From positions 32,001-96,000 of IMG/VR virus record IMGVR_UViG_3300036818_000105: a DNA stretch of 64,000 nucleotides; one strand, given 5' to 3'. Made by a program: the position numbers and the translations under genes. The notes under the pieces were generated by a model. That model did not search any database. It saw nothing but the letters and a program-made list of their open reading frames with translations, and was not told where the DNA came from. The DNA is from a virus. Shown piece after piece: positions 56,296 through 64,000 of the stretch (positions are counted from its first letter, which is position 1; each line of letters opens with the position of its first letter).

Positions 56296-58551
56296 GTGTC
56301 CTTCACCGCCGTAGGCAGCAACCCGCCCACCACCTCGACCACGTCCAACTCGTTCTCCCTGGCCCCGCACGCCGCCGGCGACTTCATCCTGCTTGGCGTC
56401 CTCGCCGGGTTCACCACGGGCAGCGCCGCCGACTACGCCACCTCGGTCAGCAGCAGCAACGGCAACGTCACCTGGTCCGTCCTCGTCGCCCACACCGCGT
56501 TCGGCACGGGCGGCACCGGCGCGCAGACGGTCTTCATCGGCAAGGTCAACAGCACCACCAGCGGCACCCAGACGATCGGGTTCAACGCGGGCAGCCCGAC
56601 CTGCCGCATCGCCTGGCAGGAGTTCAGCAACACCCTCGGGTACAGCGCCGTCACCCTCGACGGGTCCCCCGGCACCATAGACGTCGGGTCGAGCGCCCGC
56701 TTCCCCTCGCTCACGCCCGGCCACGGCAGCGGCGAGCTGTACTGGGGCTACCTCTGGGACAACGGCACCGCCGCCGCGGGCAGCACCTCCGGGTACTCGT
56801 ACTACTTCGACGCCAACGGCAACCCGATGGCCGTCAACACGGCCTGCGGGACGGGCGCGCAGGCCCCCAACCTCGGGGACACCGGCGACGGCGTCGCCGG
56901 CATAGCCGTCCTGCTCTACGAGGCGGTCACCACCGTCAGCGGCGCTGCCGCCCTGTCCGGGTCGGGCACGCTCGGGGCGGGCGGGCGCGTGGCGGTGCCG
57001 GGCGCGGCCACGCTGGCGGGCGCCGGCTCCCTCGGGGCCTCCCCGGCTGTCGCCATACCGGGGTCCGTGACCCTGCTCGGCACAGGGTCCCTGACCGCCG
57101 GGGGAAACGTCTCCGCGCCAGGGCAGGCGTCCGCCAGCCTGTTCGGGAGCGGGTCGCTGTCCGCGGCTGGCTATGCCGGCTGGCAGCCCGCTGTCACCCT
57201 GTCCGGCACGGGCACTATCGGCGCGCAGTACACGGGGGTCACCCTCCAGGGCGTTACCCTCGCCGGGGCCGGCGCGCTCACCGCCGGCGGGTCGGCAGGG
57301 CTCAAGTTCACCTCAGGGCTGGCCGGGGCCGGGTTCCTGTCCATCCCGCAGGTCAGCGGCGGCCTGGTCCCCGGCGTCGGCGGGGCGGCCGCGCCGCAGG
57401 CGCTGCCCGGGTCAAGCCAGGTCGCCGTCGCGCCGCAGGGATCGGGCAACTGGCAGTGGCTCGGCACGCTCGGGCAGGTCACCGCCCTGACCTACAGCTA
57501 CGTGTGCCCCGGCGGGTGCGACCAGCTCACCATGACGATCATGGTCCCGGCCGCCTACCGGACGCAGCTGTTCAACCCCGGGTGGCAGGTGAAAGTCATC
57601 CGCGGGGGGCACCGGGTCTGGTACGGGAAGCTAGACGAGCCGCAGCCGTCAGCCAGCGGCTGGACGCTGACCGCGGTCGGGGCCGGGAACCTCTCGCAGA
57701 ACTTCGTCGCCTACTATTCCGTGGACGACGTGTGGCCCGAAGACGAGCCCGATGAGATCATCAACCGGGCGATCAGCCGGGGACTCCCGTGGGTCAACCC
57801 AGGGCTCAACAGCGGGCCGTACGCCTCGCAGTACTGGATGGGGCAGGCCACCGACCCCGGCTCGCAGAACGTCTCGGCGTTCCTGAACTTGATCTGCACG
57901 CGCGGCGGCCTGCTGTGGTACGTCAACAGCCAGCCGGGCGGGAGCTACGGCGGGAACAACCTGTCCGTCTTCCCGCTGCCCACCGTGCCGAACCGGCTGC
58001 TGGTGTGCACGACCCCCGTGGCGCGGACGCTCGGCGGCTACGTGAACACGTTGTTCATAAGGTACGAATCGGTCGCTGACAACACAACGACCAACGTGGC
58101 CGCCTCATATGACGTCGTGACCGCGATTAACTCTCAGTCGGTGACCGCTCACGGAACGCTAGAGTCGTACCTGGATCTAAGCGACGCCGGCCAGTTGTCC
58201 TCCGCAGCCGCCCAAGCTGTCGGCAATTCCATACTGAGCATCTACGAGGCCGCCAGCTTCGCCGGGCCGTTCACTGTCTCCTACGGACAGCTGCTCAACA
58301 TGGGCGGCCAGCCAGTGGATATCGCCTGTGACCAGGCCGGTTCTATGGTGAAGTTGGTTCTAACCGACTTTGCGTACGGCGGATCGGTCACACCGAACAT
58401 TCCCGTCGCATTCATCGTAGGGAGCTACGCATATGACGACTTCGCCCAAACTGCGACAATTACTCCGTATCAGTCCCTGAACGAAAGTCTTAGCGGGTTG
58501 CTCTCCATGACGAGCACCGTCATGACTCCACTCACCGTGGCTTCCACCTAG
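56296..58551 (+). CDS. Minor tail protein (SGSGTL spacer plus C-terminal hub-like domain)
   Basis: LTYSYVCPGGCDQL, RVWYGKLDEP; position in the tail-tip module. Confidence 0.7.
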   Translation: MSFTAVGSNPPTTSTTSNSFSLAPHAAGDFILLGVLAGFTTGSAADYATSVSSSNGNVTWSVLVAHTAFGTGGTGAQTVFIGKVNSTTSGTQTIGFNAGSPTCRIAWQEFSNTLGYSAVTLDGSPGTIDVGSSARFPSLTPGHGSGELYWGYLWDNGTAAAGSTSGYSYYFDANGNPMAVNTACGTGAQAPNLGDTGDGVAGIAVLLYEAVTTVSGAAALSGSGTLGAGGRVAVPGAATLAGAGSLGASPAVAIPGSVTLLGTGSLTAGGNVSAPGQASASLFGSGSLSAAGYAGWQPAVTLSGTGTIGAQYTGVTLQGVTLAGAGALTAGGSAGLKFTSGLAGAGFLSIPQVSGGLVPGVGGAAAPQALPGSSQVAVAPQGSGNWQWLGTLGQVTALTYSYVCPGGCDQLTMTIMVPAAYRTQLFNPGWQVKVIRGGHRVWYGKLDEPQPSASGWTLTAVGAGNLSQNFVAYYSVDDVWPEDEPDEIINRAISRGLPWVNPGLNSGPYASQYWMGQATDPGSQNVSAFLNLICTRGGLLWYVNSQPGGSYGGNNLSVFPLPTVPNRLLVCTTPVARTLGGYVNTLFIRYESVADNTTTNVAASYDVVTAINSQSVTAHGTLESYLDLSDAGQLSSAAAQAVGNSILSIYEAASFAGPFTVSYGQLLNMGGQPVDIACDQAGSMVKLVLTDFAYGGSVTPNIPVAFIVGSYAYDDFAQTATITPYQSLNESLSGLLSMTSTVMTPLTVAST

Positions 58552-59501
58552 AAGAGCCTGCCATCCTGCTGCTCCTGCAGCCGCTTGCGATCCTTTGCCC
58601 GGCCGCACTTCCTGCTGCAGTAGAAGCTTCTCCCGATCGTCTTAGACTGGTACTCGCCCCCGCAGACGGTGCAGGTGCGGGTTTCAGGCTCGCGGCGGTT
58701 CCATGTCTCAGCCACAATGGCGCTCATTGCCTGCCTGTGCTCAGGTGTCCCCCAGCCGCTCTCCTCGGCGTGCCACGCGTCCAGCACGGCCTGCGGAGGG
58801 CCGGGGTCGAAGTTGGTGAACGCGAACTCGCCGTACGCCTCCCGGGCGGCCAGGTCGTATGCGTAGGCGGCGCTAAGCTCGCTGGAGAAGACGCCAAGAT
58901 GGCGGTTGCCGAGGTGCGCGATCCAGCGGCCGCTCGCCTTGACCAGCGCAACGCCCTTGTACTGCGAGATGCCGCTTTGCCTCATCCGGCGGTTTGCCGC
59001 GTTCTGCGCCGGCGTGGCCAGCCTGAGGTTTGATCGACGATTGTCGATTCCGTTGCCGTTGACGTGGTCCACCCACGGCTGACCCATGATCAGGACGTGC
59101 ATCAGGAGAGTTGGCGCCTTGCCGCCGTGGTCGCGACGCGACAGCGAGGTAAGCGCGTACGGCCCGGACACATGATGCCCGTTCTTCCACACCTCGCGGA
59201 CGTTCCAGCGGTACGGGGCGACTAGCTCGAAATCTTCCTCGTCGATCAGGGCCACCCGGCCCGCGGCGACCTTGCCGTACAGGGGTATCTCGCCGCGGTC
59301 CGCCGAGGCGAGGTTGATCTCCCAGCGCCAGCAGCCGCACGACTTCGTGTGCCCCGAACGCAGCTTCGCGAGATCGACGACTTTCTGCTTGCTGCATTCA
59401 CACCGGCACAGCATCGCCCGGCGGCCCCCGGCGGTGGTCGTCTCCTCGATCACCGTCAGCCGCCCGAAGACGGTGCCGGGCGGGACGTCTATGCTTCGCA
59501 T
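58548..59501 (-). CDS. Free-standing HNH-AP2 homing endonuclease
   Basis: FGRLTV...CRCEC...TKSCGC; DHVNGNGIDNRRSNLR; SQYKGV...HLGVF...AAYAYD...GEFAFTNF; C-terminal zinc finger. Confidence 0.88.
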   Translation of the reverse strand: MRSIDVPPGTVFGRLTVIEETTTAGGRRAMLCRCECSKQKVVDLAKLRSGHTKSCGCWRWEINLASADRGEIPLYGKVAAGRVALIDEEDFELVAPYRWNVREVWKNGHHVSGPYALTSLSRRDHGGKAPTLLMHVLIMGQPWVDHVNGNGIDNRRSNLRLATPAQNAANRRMRQSGISQYKGVALVKASGRWIAHLGNRHLGVFSSELSAAYAYDLAAREAYGEFAFTNFDPGPPQAVLDAWHAEESGWGTPEHRQAMSAIVAETWNRREPETRTCTVCGGEYQSKTIGRSFYCSRKCGRAKDRKRLQEQQDGRLF

Positions 59502-59656
59502 GTCGGACCTGTCTCTCCAGTTTCAGGTTCGGCCAAAGCCCCGGGGCGTCGCTAGCGCTCGCGGGGCACTTGCGCACATTCTATCGGATTCACCCTTAAT
59601 TGCTGCCGTTTTGTGTCGTGGTGTCAGCAAAAAGCGCCATTGCTCAGGCTTGGGCC

Positions 59657-59685
59657 TCGACAAATCTGGTAACGGTGAGTATTGT
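59657..59685 (+). promoter_or_regulatory. Sigma70-type promoter
   Basis: TCGACA-17 nt-TATTGT. Confidence 0.55.
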
Positions 59686-59850
59686 CACGTATGCGGGAAG
59701 TAAACAACTCCCCGTAACCTCAGAAGGTCTCCGAAAACCTCGGTTCCGTCTGATGCCTGGTTACAGAGGCGGTGCACCGGAGCGGCCCCCGGTCACCGCC
59801 TCACTCATGCCCGGGGTAAGCGGGGGTGCCGGCTCCCCCGAAGATCGTGA

Positions 59851-59897
59851 TGCACGTGCATTCGCAGCGTGCATCTGCACGTGCATGAGACTAACCT
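59851..59897 (+). promoter_or_regulatory. Late-promoter-like motif, copy 5 (tail-fibre operon)
   Basis: TGCACGTGCA-N7-CGTGCA-TC-TGCACGTGCA-N6-TAACCT, 6 nt before ATG 59904. Confidence 0.8.
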
Positions 59898-59903
59898 GAG
59901 GGA

Positions 59904-60179
59904 ATGCGGGTTGGTTGCAAGCAATGTGGCGCGGTCATCGACCTGCCCTCCGGCGCCGACCCCCACGCGACCACCTGGTGCGGGTGCTGCACGGCCAGGC
60001 ACCACCACGGCGAGGCAGCAGCGGCGTGCGGGCCGCACGTCCACGACGGCCCGTGCTGGAACCCGCCCGTCGCCGGCATCCCCCTCGAACTCCAGCCGGG
60101 CGTTGTCCCTGTCCGCCCGGCAGGCTGCACCGTCTGCCGCCCGGTCGCCCATTACGCGGTCGCCGGGAGCCCGTCTTGA
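59904..60179 (+). CDS. Small Cys/His-rich protein, probably leaderless
   Basis: CKQC, CGCC, CTVC. Confidence 0.6.
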   Translation: MRVGCKQCGAVIDLPSGADPHATTWCGCCTARHHHGEAAAACGPHVHDGPCWNPPVAGIPLELQPGVVPVRPAGCTVCRPVAHYAVAGSPS

Positions 60180-60190
60180 CCACCTACGGG

Positions 60191-60649
60191 ATGACCGACC
60201 AGAACCGGGTCAACAGCCTGCTTCAGGCCCTGTTCTCGTCAACAAGTACAGGTGGCGGACTTACGCCGGAGGCAGGCAGCGGCGGGGGCTCAGGGTTCGC
60301 GATCAGCCCGCCGTACCACCTGCGGCTGATGACGACGGTCGGCTCGAACACGGCCTACGGCACCGAGGCGAACGGCTCGAACTGCCCCGGTTACACGGTG
60401 CTCGGCGCGACGCTCGGCACCCAGTTCTGCGCGGCCCCCTCGGCGGGCGCGCAGTCGAATACCAACCAGGTCCTCTGGAACGCGACCGGCACCTGGGCGA
60501 CGGTCGGCGGGCTTGAGGTCTGGGACAACGCCGCCACGCCGCTCCGGTGGCTGCAGGGCCCCCTGTCCAGCCCGATTACCGGCGCGGTCAACGGCGACTC
60601 GATCATCGTGGCGGCCGGCGCGCTGACCCTGAACGCCGGCTCGTGGTGA
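60191..60649 (+). CDS. Tail-fibre-associated protein, paralog 1
   Basis: MTDQ...ALFSST...LRL.TT.G...EVWDNA. Confidence 0.7.
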   Translation: MTDQNRVNSLLQALFSSTSTGGGLTPEAGSGGGSGFAISPPYHLRLMTTVGSNTAYGTEANGSNCPGYTVLGATLGTQFCAAPSAGAQSNTNQVLWNATGTWATVGGLEVWDNAATPLRWLQGPLSSPITGAVNGDSIIVAAGALTLNAGSW

Positions 60650-60680
60650 GCGGCAGGGACCAGGAAAGAAAGGGAACCGA

Positions 60681-60902
60681 GTGATCCACGTTGCTTGCCA
60701 GAACTGCGGCACGTTCGACATCGCGGGGCCGGGTCACCCGGCCGTCACCTACGACACTGAGAAGCAGCAGCACGTGCTGACCGACCGGACGGCGCTCCGC
60801 CACTCGCACGCGGACGACTGCCAGCCGGGCGAGGACGGGAACTACCCGCTGCACTTCACGTTCATGGCGCCGGTCGGCGCGCAGCCGGCAACGGGAGGAT
60901 GA
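60681..60902 (+). CDS. Hypothetical protein
   Basis: RBS AAGGGA; CQNC. Confidence 0.55.
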   Translation: MIHVACQNCGTFDIAGPGHPAVTYDTEKQQHVLTDRTALRHSHADDCQPGEDGNYPLHFTFMAPVGAQPATGG

Positions 60903-60903
60903 C

Positions 60904-61206
60904 ATGGGGACCATTAGCCATTACGGCGTACTCACAAACGGCGTGCCGCCATCAACGACATACCTCACCAGTAACGACGGCTACCTGCATGTCTGGAACT
61001 ACGGGCCTGAGGCGCTGTTCGCGAATTACACGAGCGCAGCCAGCCCTTCAGTGCCCACGGACGGCATCCCCGTGCCTGCCGGGGAGTGGGTCATCCTGCC
61101 CGCAGACGCGTACGGCGCTGGCCAGCGCCTGGCGTTTGGGGTCACGGTAGACAGCTACCCCGGAGGCGGAACGGACTGGCAAGGCATGCACATATGGGTT
61201 ACCTGA
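60904..61206 (+). CDS. Hypothetical beta-rich protein
   Basis: GGAGGA RBS. Confidence 0.55.
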   Translation: MGTISHYGVLTNGVPPSTTYLTSNDGYLHVWNYGPEALFANYTSAASPSVPTDGIPVPAGEWVILPADAYGAGQRLAFGVTVDSYPGGGTDWQGMHIWVT

Positions 61207-61226
61207 GTCAGGAGCGGACTAGATAA

Positions 61227-61712
61227 ATGCCAACCTCGGGAATGACCGACCAGACACTGGTCAACAAGATCCTGTCCGCCCTGTTCACGAGCAGTACGAC
61301 GTTCACCATCACGCCCGGCACCGGCGGCGGGTCCGCGTTCACGATCACCCCGCCGTTCCGCCTGCACCTGTTCTCCACGACCGGGACCGAGACGGCGACG
61401 GGCACCGAGAACGTTGCGGGAACGAGCCCCGGTTACACCAGCGGTTACCCCTCGGGCGGCATCAGCCTCGGCTCCAGCGCGTTCGGCTCCTTCTCCTCCG
61501 GTGCCAGCTCGAACGGCACCCTCGTGTCGTGGACGGCGACCGGCACGTGGACGCTCGGCGTCGCGGGGATCGAGGTGTGGGACTCGGCGGCCACCGCGAT
61601 CCGCTACCTGTGGGGGCCACTGAACACCGGAATCGGGGCGAGCGTGGTCGTATCGGGCGACACTGTCTCCTTCGCCATCGGTGCCGTCACAGTGTCCGGA
61701 GCCGCGTGGTAG
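61227..61712 (+). CDS. Tail-fibre-associated protein, paralog 2
   Basis: Aligns with 60191..60649 (WTATGTW, IEVWDSA). Confidence 0.7.
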   Translation: MPTSGMTDQTLVNKILSALFTSSTTFTITPGTGGGSAFTITPPFRLHLFSTTGTETATGTENVAGTSPGYTSGYPSGGISLGSSAFGSFSSGASSNGTLVSWTATGTWTLGVAGIEVWDSAATAIRYLWGPLNTGIGASVVVSGDTVSFAIGAVTVSGAAW

Positions 61713-61751
61713 GCCCCTGACCTGCTCTTACCGGATGACGGGCAGGACGCG

Positions 61752-64000
61752 ATGACGACCTACCGGCTGTTCCCGTCCGCGAACGGGCCCTCGGCCGCCA
61801 CCAGCTTCAGCGGCGCGTTCGGCCCGGGAGTCAAGTTCAAGGTCACCAGCGGCGGCCTGTGGCTGAACGGCTTCTGGTGGTGGGTGTGCAGTACCGGCGG
61901 CCAGTCGGCGAGCGCGCAGAAGTTCGCCCTCTGGCAGGTGTACGGGAGCGCGGCGGGCCTCATCGTGCCAGGCGCGTCGGTGACCTCGGGGGCGCTGTCC
62001 GCCGGGTGGAACTACGTCGCCCTCGCAACCCCGGTCGCCCTCACCGCAGGGGCCACCTACCAGGCGGTGACGGCCTTCAGCGGCGCGTTCCCGCTGACCA
62101 GCAGCCAGTTCGCCAGCGGCGGCACCTACGCGGCGGGGATCGTGAACGGCCCGCTGACCGCGTTCAGCGACGGCACCGGGTCCAACCCCGACCCCTACAG
62201 CAACAGCCAGTGCACGTACCAGACGGCGTCCACGGACCCGGCGGTCACCTTCGCCAGCAACGCCGACGCCGGGTACAACGGCTGGCTCGACGTCCAGGTC
62301 TCCGACACCGCGCCCTCGGGTGCGAGCTACCGGATCTGGCCTGACCTCCCCGACGTCCTCGTCGGCGTGAGCAGTGACACGACCGGCTACCTGCTCGCCA
62401 CCGAGTTCTCCCTGTCGGCCGCCTGCGCGCTGGACCGGATCTGGCACTACTCGCCGTCCGGCGCCGCGTCCCTGCCGACCCGCTGCAGCATCTGGAACGT
62501 CTCCACGACGACGGAGGTCAGCGGGGCGGGCAACACCTCCCCGACGTGGCTGCTGCCCGGCGGCGCCAGCGCCTCGGCCGGGGGCGGGTGGGTGTACTGC
62601 GACTACACCTCCGCCGGGGTGAGCCTGTCCGCCAGCACGAGCTACAAGGTCGCCACCTACCACGCCAGCGGGTCGGAGTGGATGGCGGTCACCCCGTCCT
62701 ACTGGTCGACCGGGGCAGGCGGGCCCGGGATCACCAACGGCGTCATCACCGCGCCCGACAGCGCGTCTGCTACTCCAGGCCAGGGGTCCTACGAGACCAC
62801 CTGGTCCTACCCGGGCCTGTTCATCACGGGCGGGGAGAACTACTGGGTTGACGTCGAGGTCACCCCGTCAGGCGGGGGAACGGCCAGCGGCGCGGCGTCG
62901 CTTTCCGGGTCGGGCGCCCTCACCGCGGGCGCGGCCGTCACCCAGCCGGCGGCAGCGTCCTTGTCCGGGTCGGGAACGGTCGGGGCGACGCCGGCGCTGA
63001 AGCTCGCCTCCGGTGCGTCCCTGTCCGGGACGGGGACGCTGGGGGCCGCGGGGACCCCGGCCGTTCCCGCCTCCGCCGCCCTCGCCGGCACCGGGCAGGT
63101 TACCGCCGCCGCCGCCCTGAAGCTCGCCTCCGGCGCCGCCCTCGCCGGGTCAGGGTCGCTTGCCGCCGCCGCGATCGCCGTCCAGCCTGCCGCCGCCTCC
63201 CTCGCAGGCTCCGGATCGCTCGGGGCCTCGGTGTCCGTCGTCCTCGCCAGCGCCGCGGTACTGTCCGGCGCGGGGACGCTGACCGCCGCCGGGACCGTCT
63301 CCGGGCTCACCTCAGGCGCCGCCGCCCTGTCCGGCTCAGGGACGCTCGCGGCCGCCGCCTCCCCCGTGCTGCTGCAGGCGGTCACGCTCTCGGGCTCGGG
63401 GGCGGTAACGGCTGCGGGCGTGGTCACCGTGACGTGCGGGGCGGCCCTCGGCGGCACCGGGACCCTGCTGGCCGCTGCCCTCGTGACAGCTCCCGCGTCG
63501 GCCGCCCTGTCCGGGCAGGGGGCGGTCTCGGCCGCCGCGTCGTCCGCCGGCCCGGCGAGTGCCGCGCTTTCCGGTTCCGGGTCGGTGACGGCCGGGGCGT
63601 CCCTCGCCTTCACGGTGGCCGTGTCCCTCGCCGGTTCCGGCGTGCTCACCGTGTCCGCGCAGGTCCTCACGCCCGTCAGCGAGCCGCCGGTTACCTGGCT
63701 CGCGCAGCCTGCCGCGCCCCGCTGGCGCTGCGGCCCGTCACTACCCAGATGGAGGGTTTCCGTGACCTTGTTCAGCCCGGTATCGGCGCTGTCCCTGGAG
63801 TGCGTCAACGTCACCTGGTTCTCTGACCTGGACGGGACGTCCGTTGACCCGACGGGGCAGGCGGAGAACCAGCCGGCGCTCCCGGTGTACCTCGCGTTCC
63901 CGCCCACCAGCGGGACCTACACCGCGCCAGCCCAGCCTGTGACGTGGTTCACGGCGTCGTGGCTGCTCGGCGGGACGGGCACCGGGTACATAGCGCAGGC
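61752..64000 (+). CDS. Tail-fibre/receptor-binding-like protein with two DUF4082-like domains and SLSGSG repeats; runs off the window
   Basis: MTTYRLFPS...GVKFKVT...GWNYVAL..PV; NYWVDVEVT; absent from the ORF track because it has no stop in the window. Confidence 0.7.
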   Translation, partial: MTTYRLFPSANGPSAATSFSGAFGPGVKFKVTSGGLWLNGFWWWVCSTGGQSASAQKFALWQVYGSAAGLIVPGASVTSGALSAGWNYVALATPVALTAGATYQAVTAFSGAFPLTSSQFASGGTYAAGIVNGPLTAFSDGTGSNPDPYSNSQCTYQTASTDPAVTFASNADAGYNGWLDVQVSDTAPSGASYRIWPDLPDVLVGVSSDTTGYLLATEFSLSAACALDRIWHYSPSGAASLPTRCSIWNVSTTTEVSGAGNTSPTWLLPGGASASAGGGWVYCDYTSAGVSLSASTSYKVATYHASGSEWMAVTPSYWSTGAGGPGITNGVITAPDSASATPGQGSYETTWSYPGLFITGGENYWVDVEVTPSGGGTASGAASLSGSGALTAGAAVTQPAAASLSGSGTVGATPALKLASGASLSGTGTLGAAGTPAVPASAALAGTGQVTAAAALKLASGAALAGSGSLAAAAIAVQPAAASLAGSGSLGASVSVVLASAAVLSGAGTLTAAGTVSGLTSGAAALSGSGTLAAAASPVLLQAVTLSGSGAVTAAGVVTVTCGAALGGTGTLLAAALVTAPASAALSGQGAVSAAASSAGPASAALSGSGSVTAGASLAFTVAVSLAGSGVLTVSAQVLTPVSEPPVTWLAQPAAPRWRCGPSLPRWRVSVTLFSPVSALSLECVNVTWFSDLDGTSVDPTGQAENQPALPVYLAFPPTSGTYTAPAQPVTWFTASWLLGGTGTGYIAQ

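Noticed and set aside
57829-57840. Second target for the tnpB #1 guide (minus strand ATCCAGTACT, 10 nt)
   Set aside because: Too short, no plausible TAM, and within chance expectation
60191-61712. Diversity-generating retroelement TR/VR pair
   Set aside because: The paralogs differ throughout rather than only at adenines, and no reverse transcriptase is present in the window

Overview
A high-GC, actinobacterial-type tailed phage or prophage segment, siphovirus-like. No integrase or replication genes fall inside the window. Gene order: leftward lysis cassette (0.1-2.1 kb); tnpB #1; about 9 kb of small translationally coupled accessory genes; membrane genes plus terminase (TerL carries a class 3 LAGLIDADG intein); XRE-tnpB #2; portal; MuF; large modular head-associated proteins, one ending in an ADP-ribosyltransferase; a Ro60/two-Y-RNA cassette; Mu gpI-like protease/scaffold; major capsid; neck; tail tube; tape measure; tail tip; an HNH-AP2 endonuclease; tail-fibre genes. 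Main result: both tnpB genes keep their RuvC catalytic residues and IS200/IS605 right ends but have no tnpA or visible left end. The guide after each right end matches a nearby phage gene (portal, 17/19 nt; next downstream gene, 11/13 nt), and every mismatch is at a synonymous third codon position. This suggests phage-domesticated RNA-guided homing or competition nucleases. Other notable signals: two tiny TTA-containing inserts splitting the portal 5' end (candidate translational bypass); a five-copy GCACGTGCA late-promoter motif; a shared [VI]-[ED]-L-[ASG] motif across head proteins; AT-rich recoded patches in conserved genes. All protein assignments come from motif recognition by eye, not database searches.
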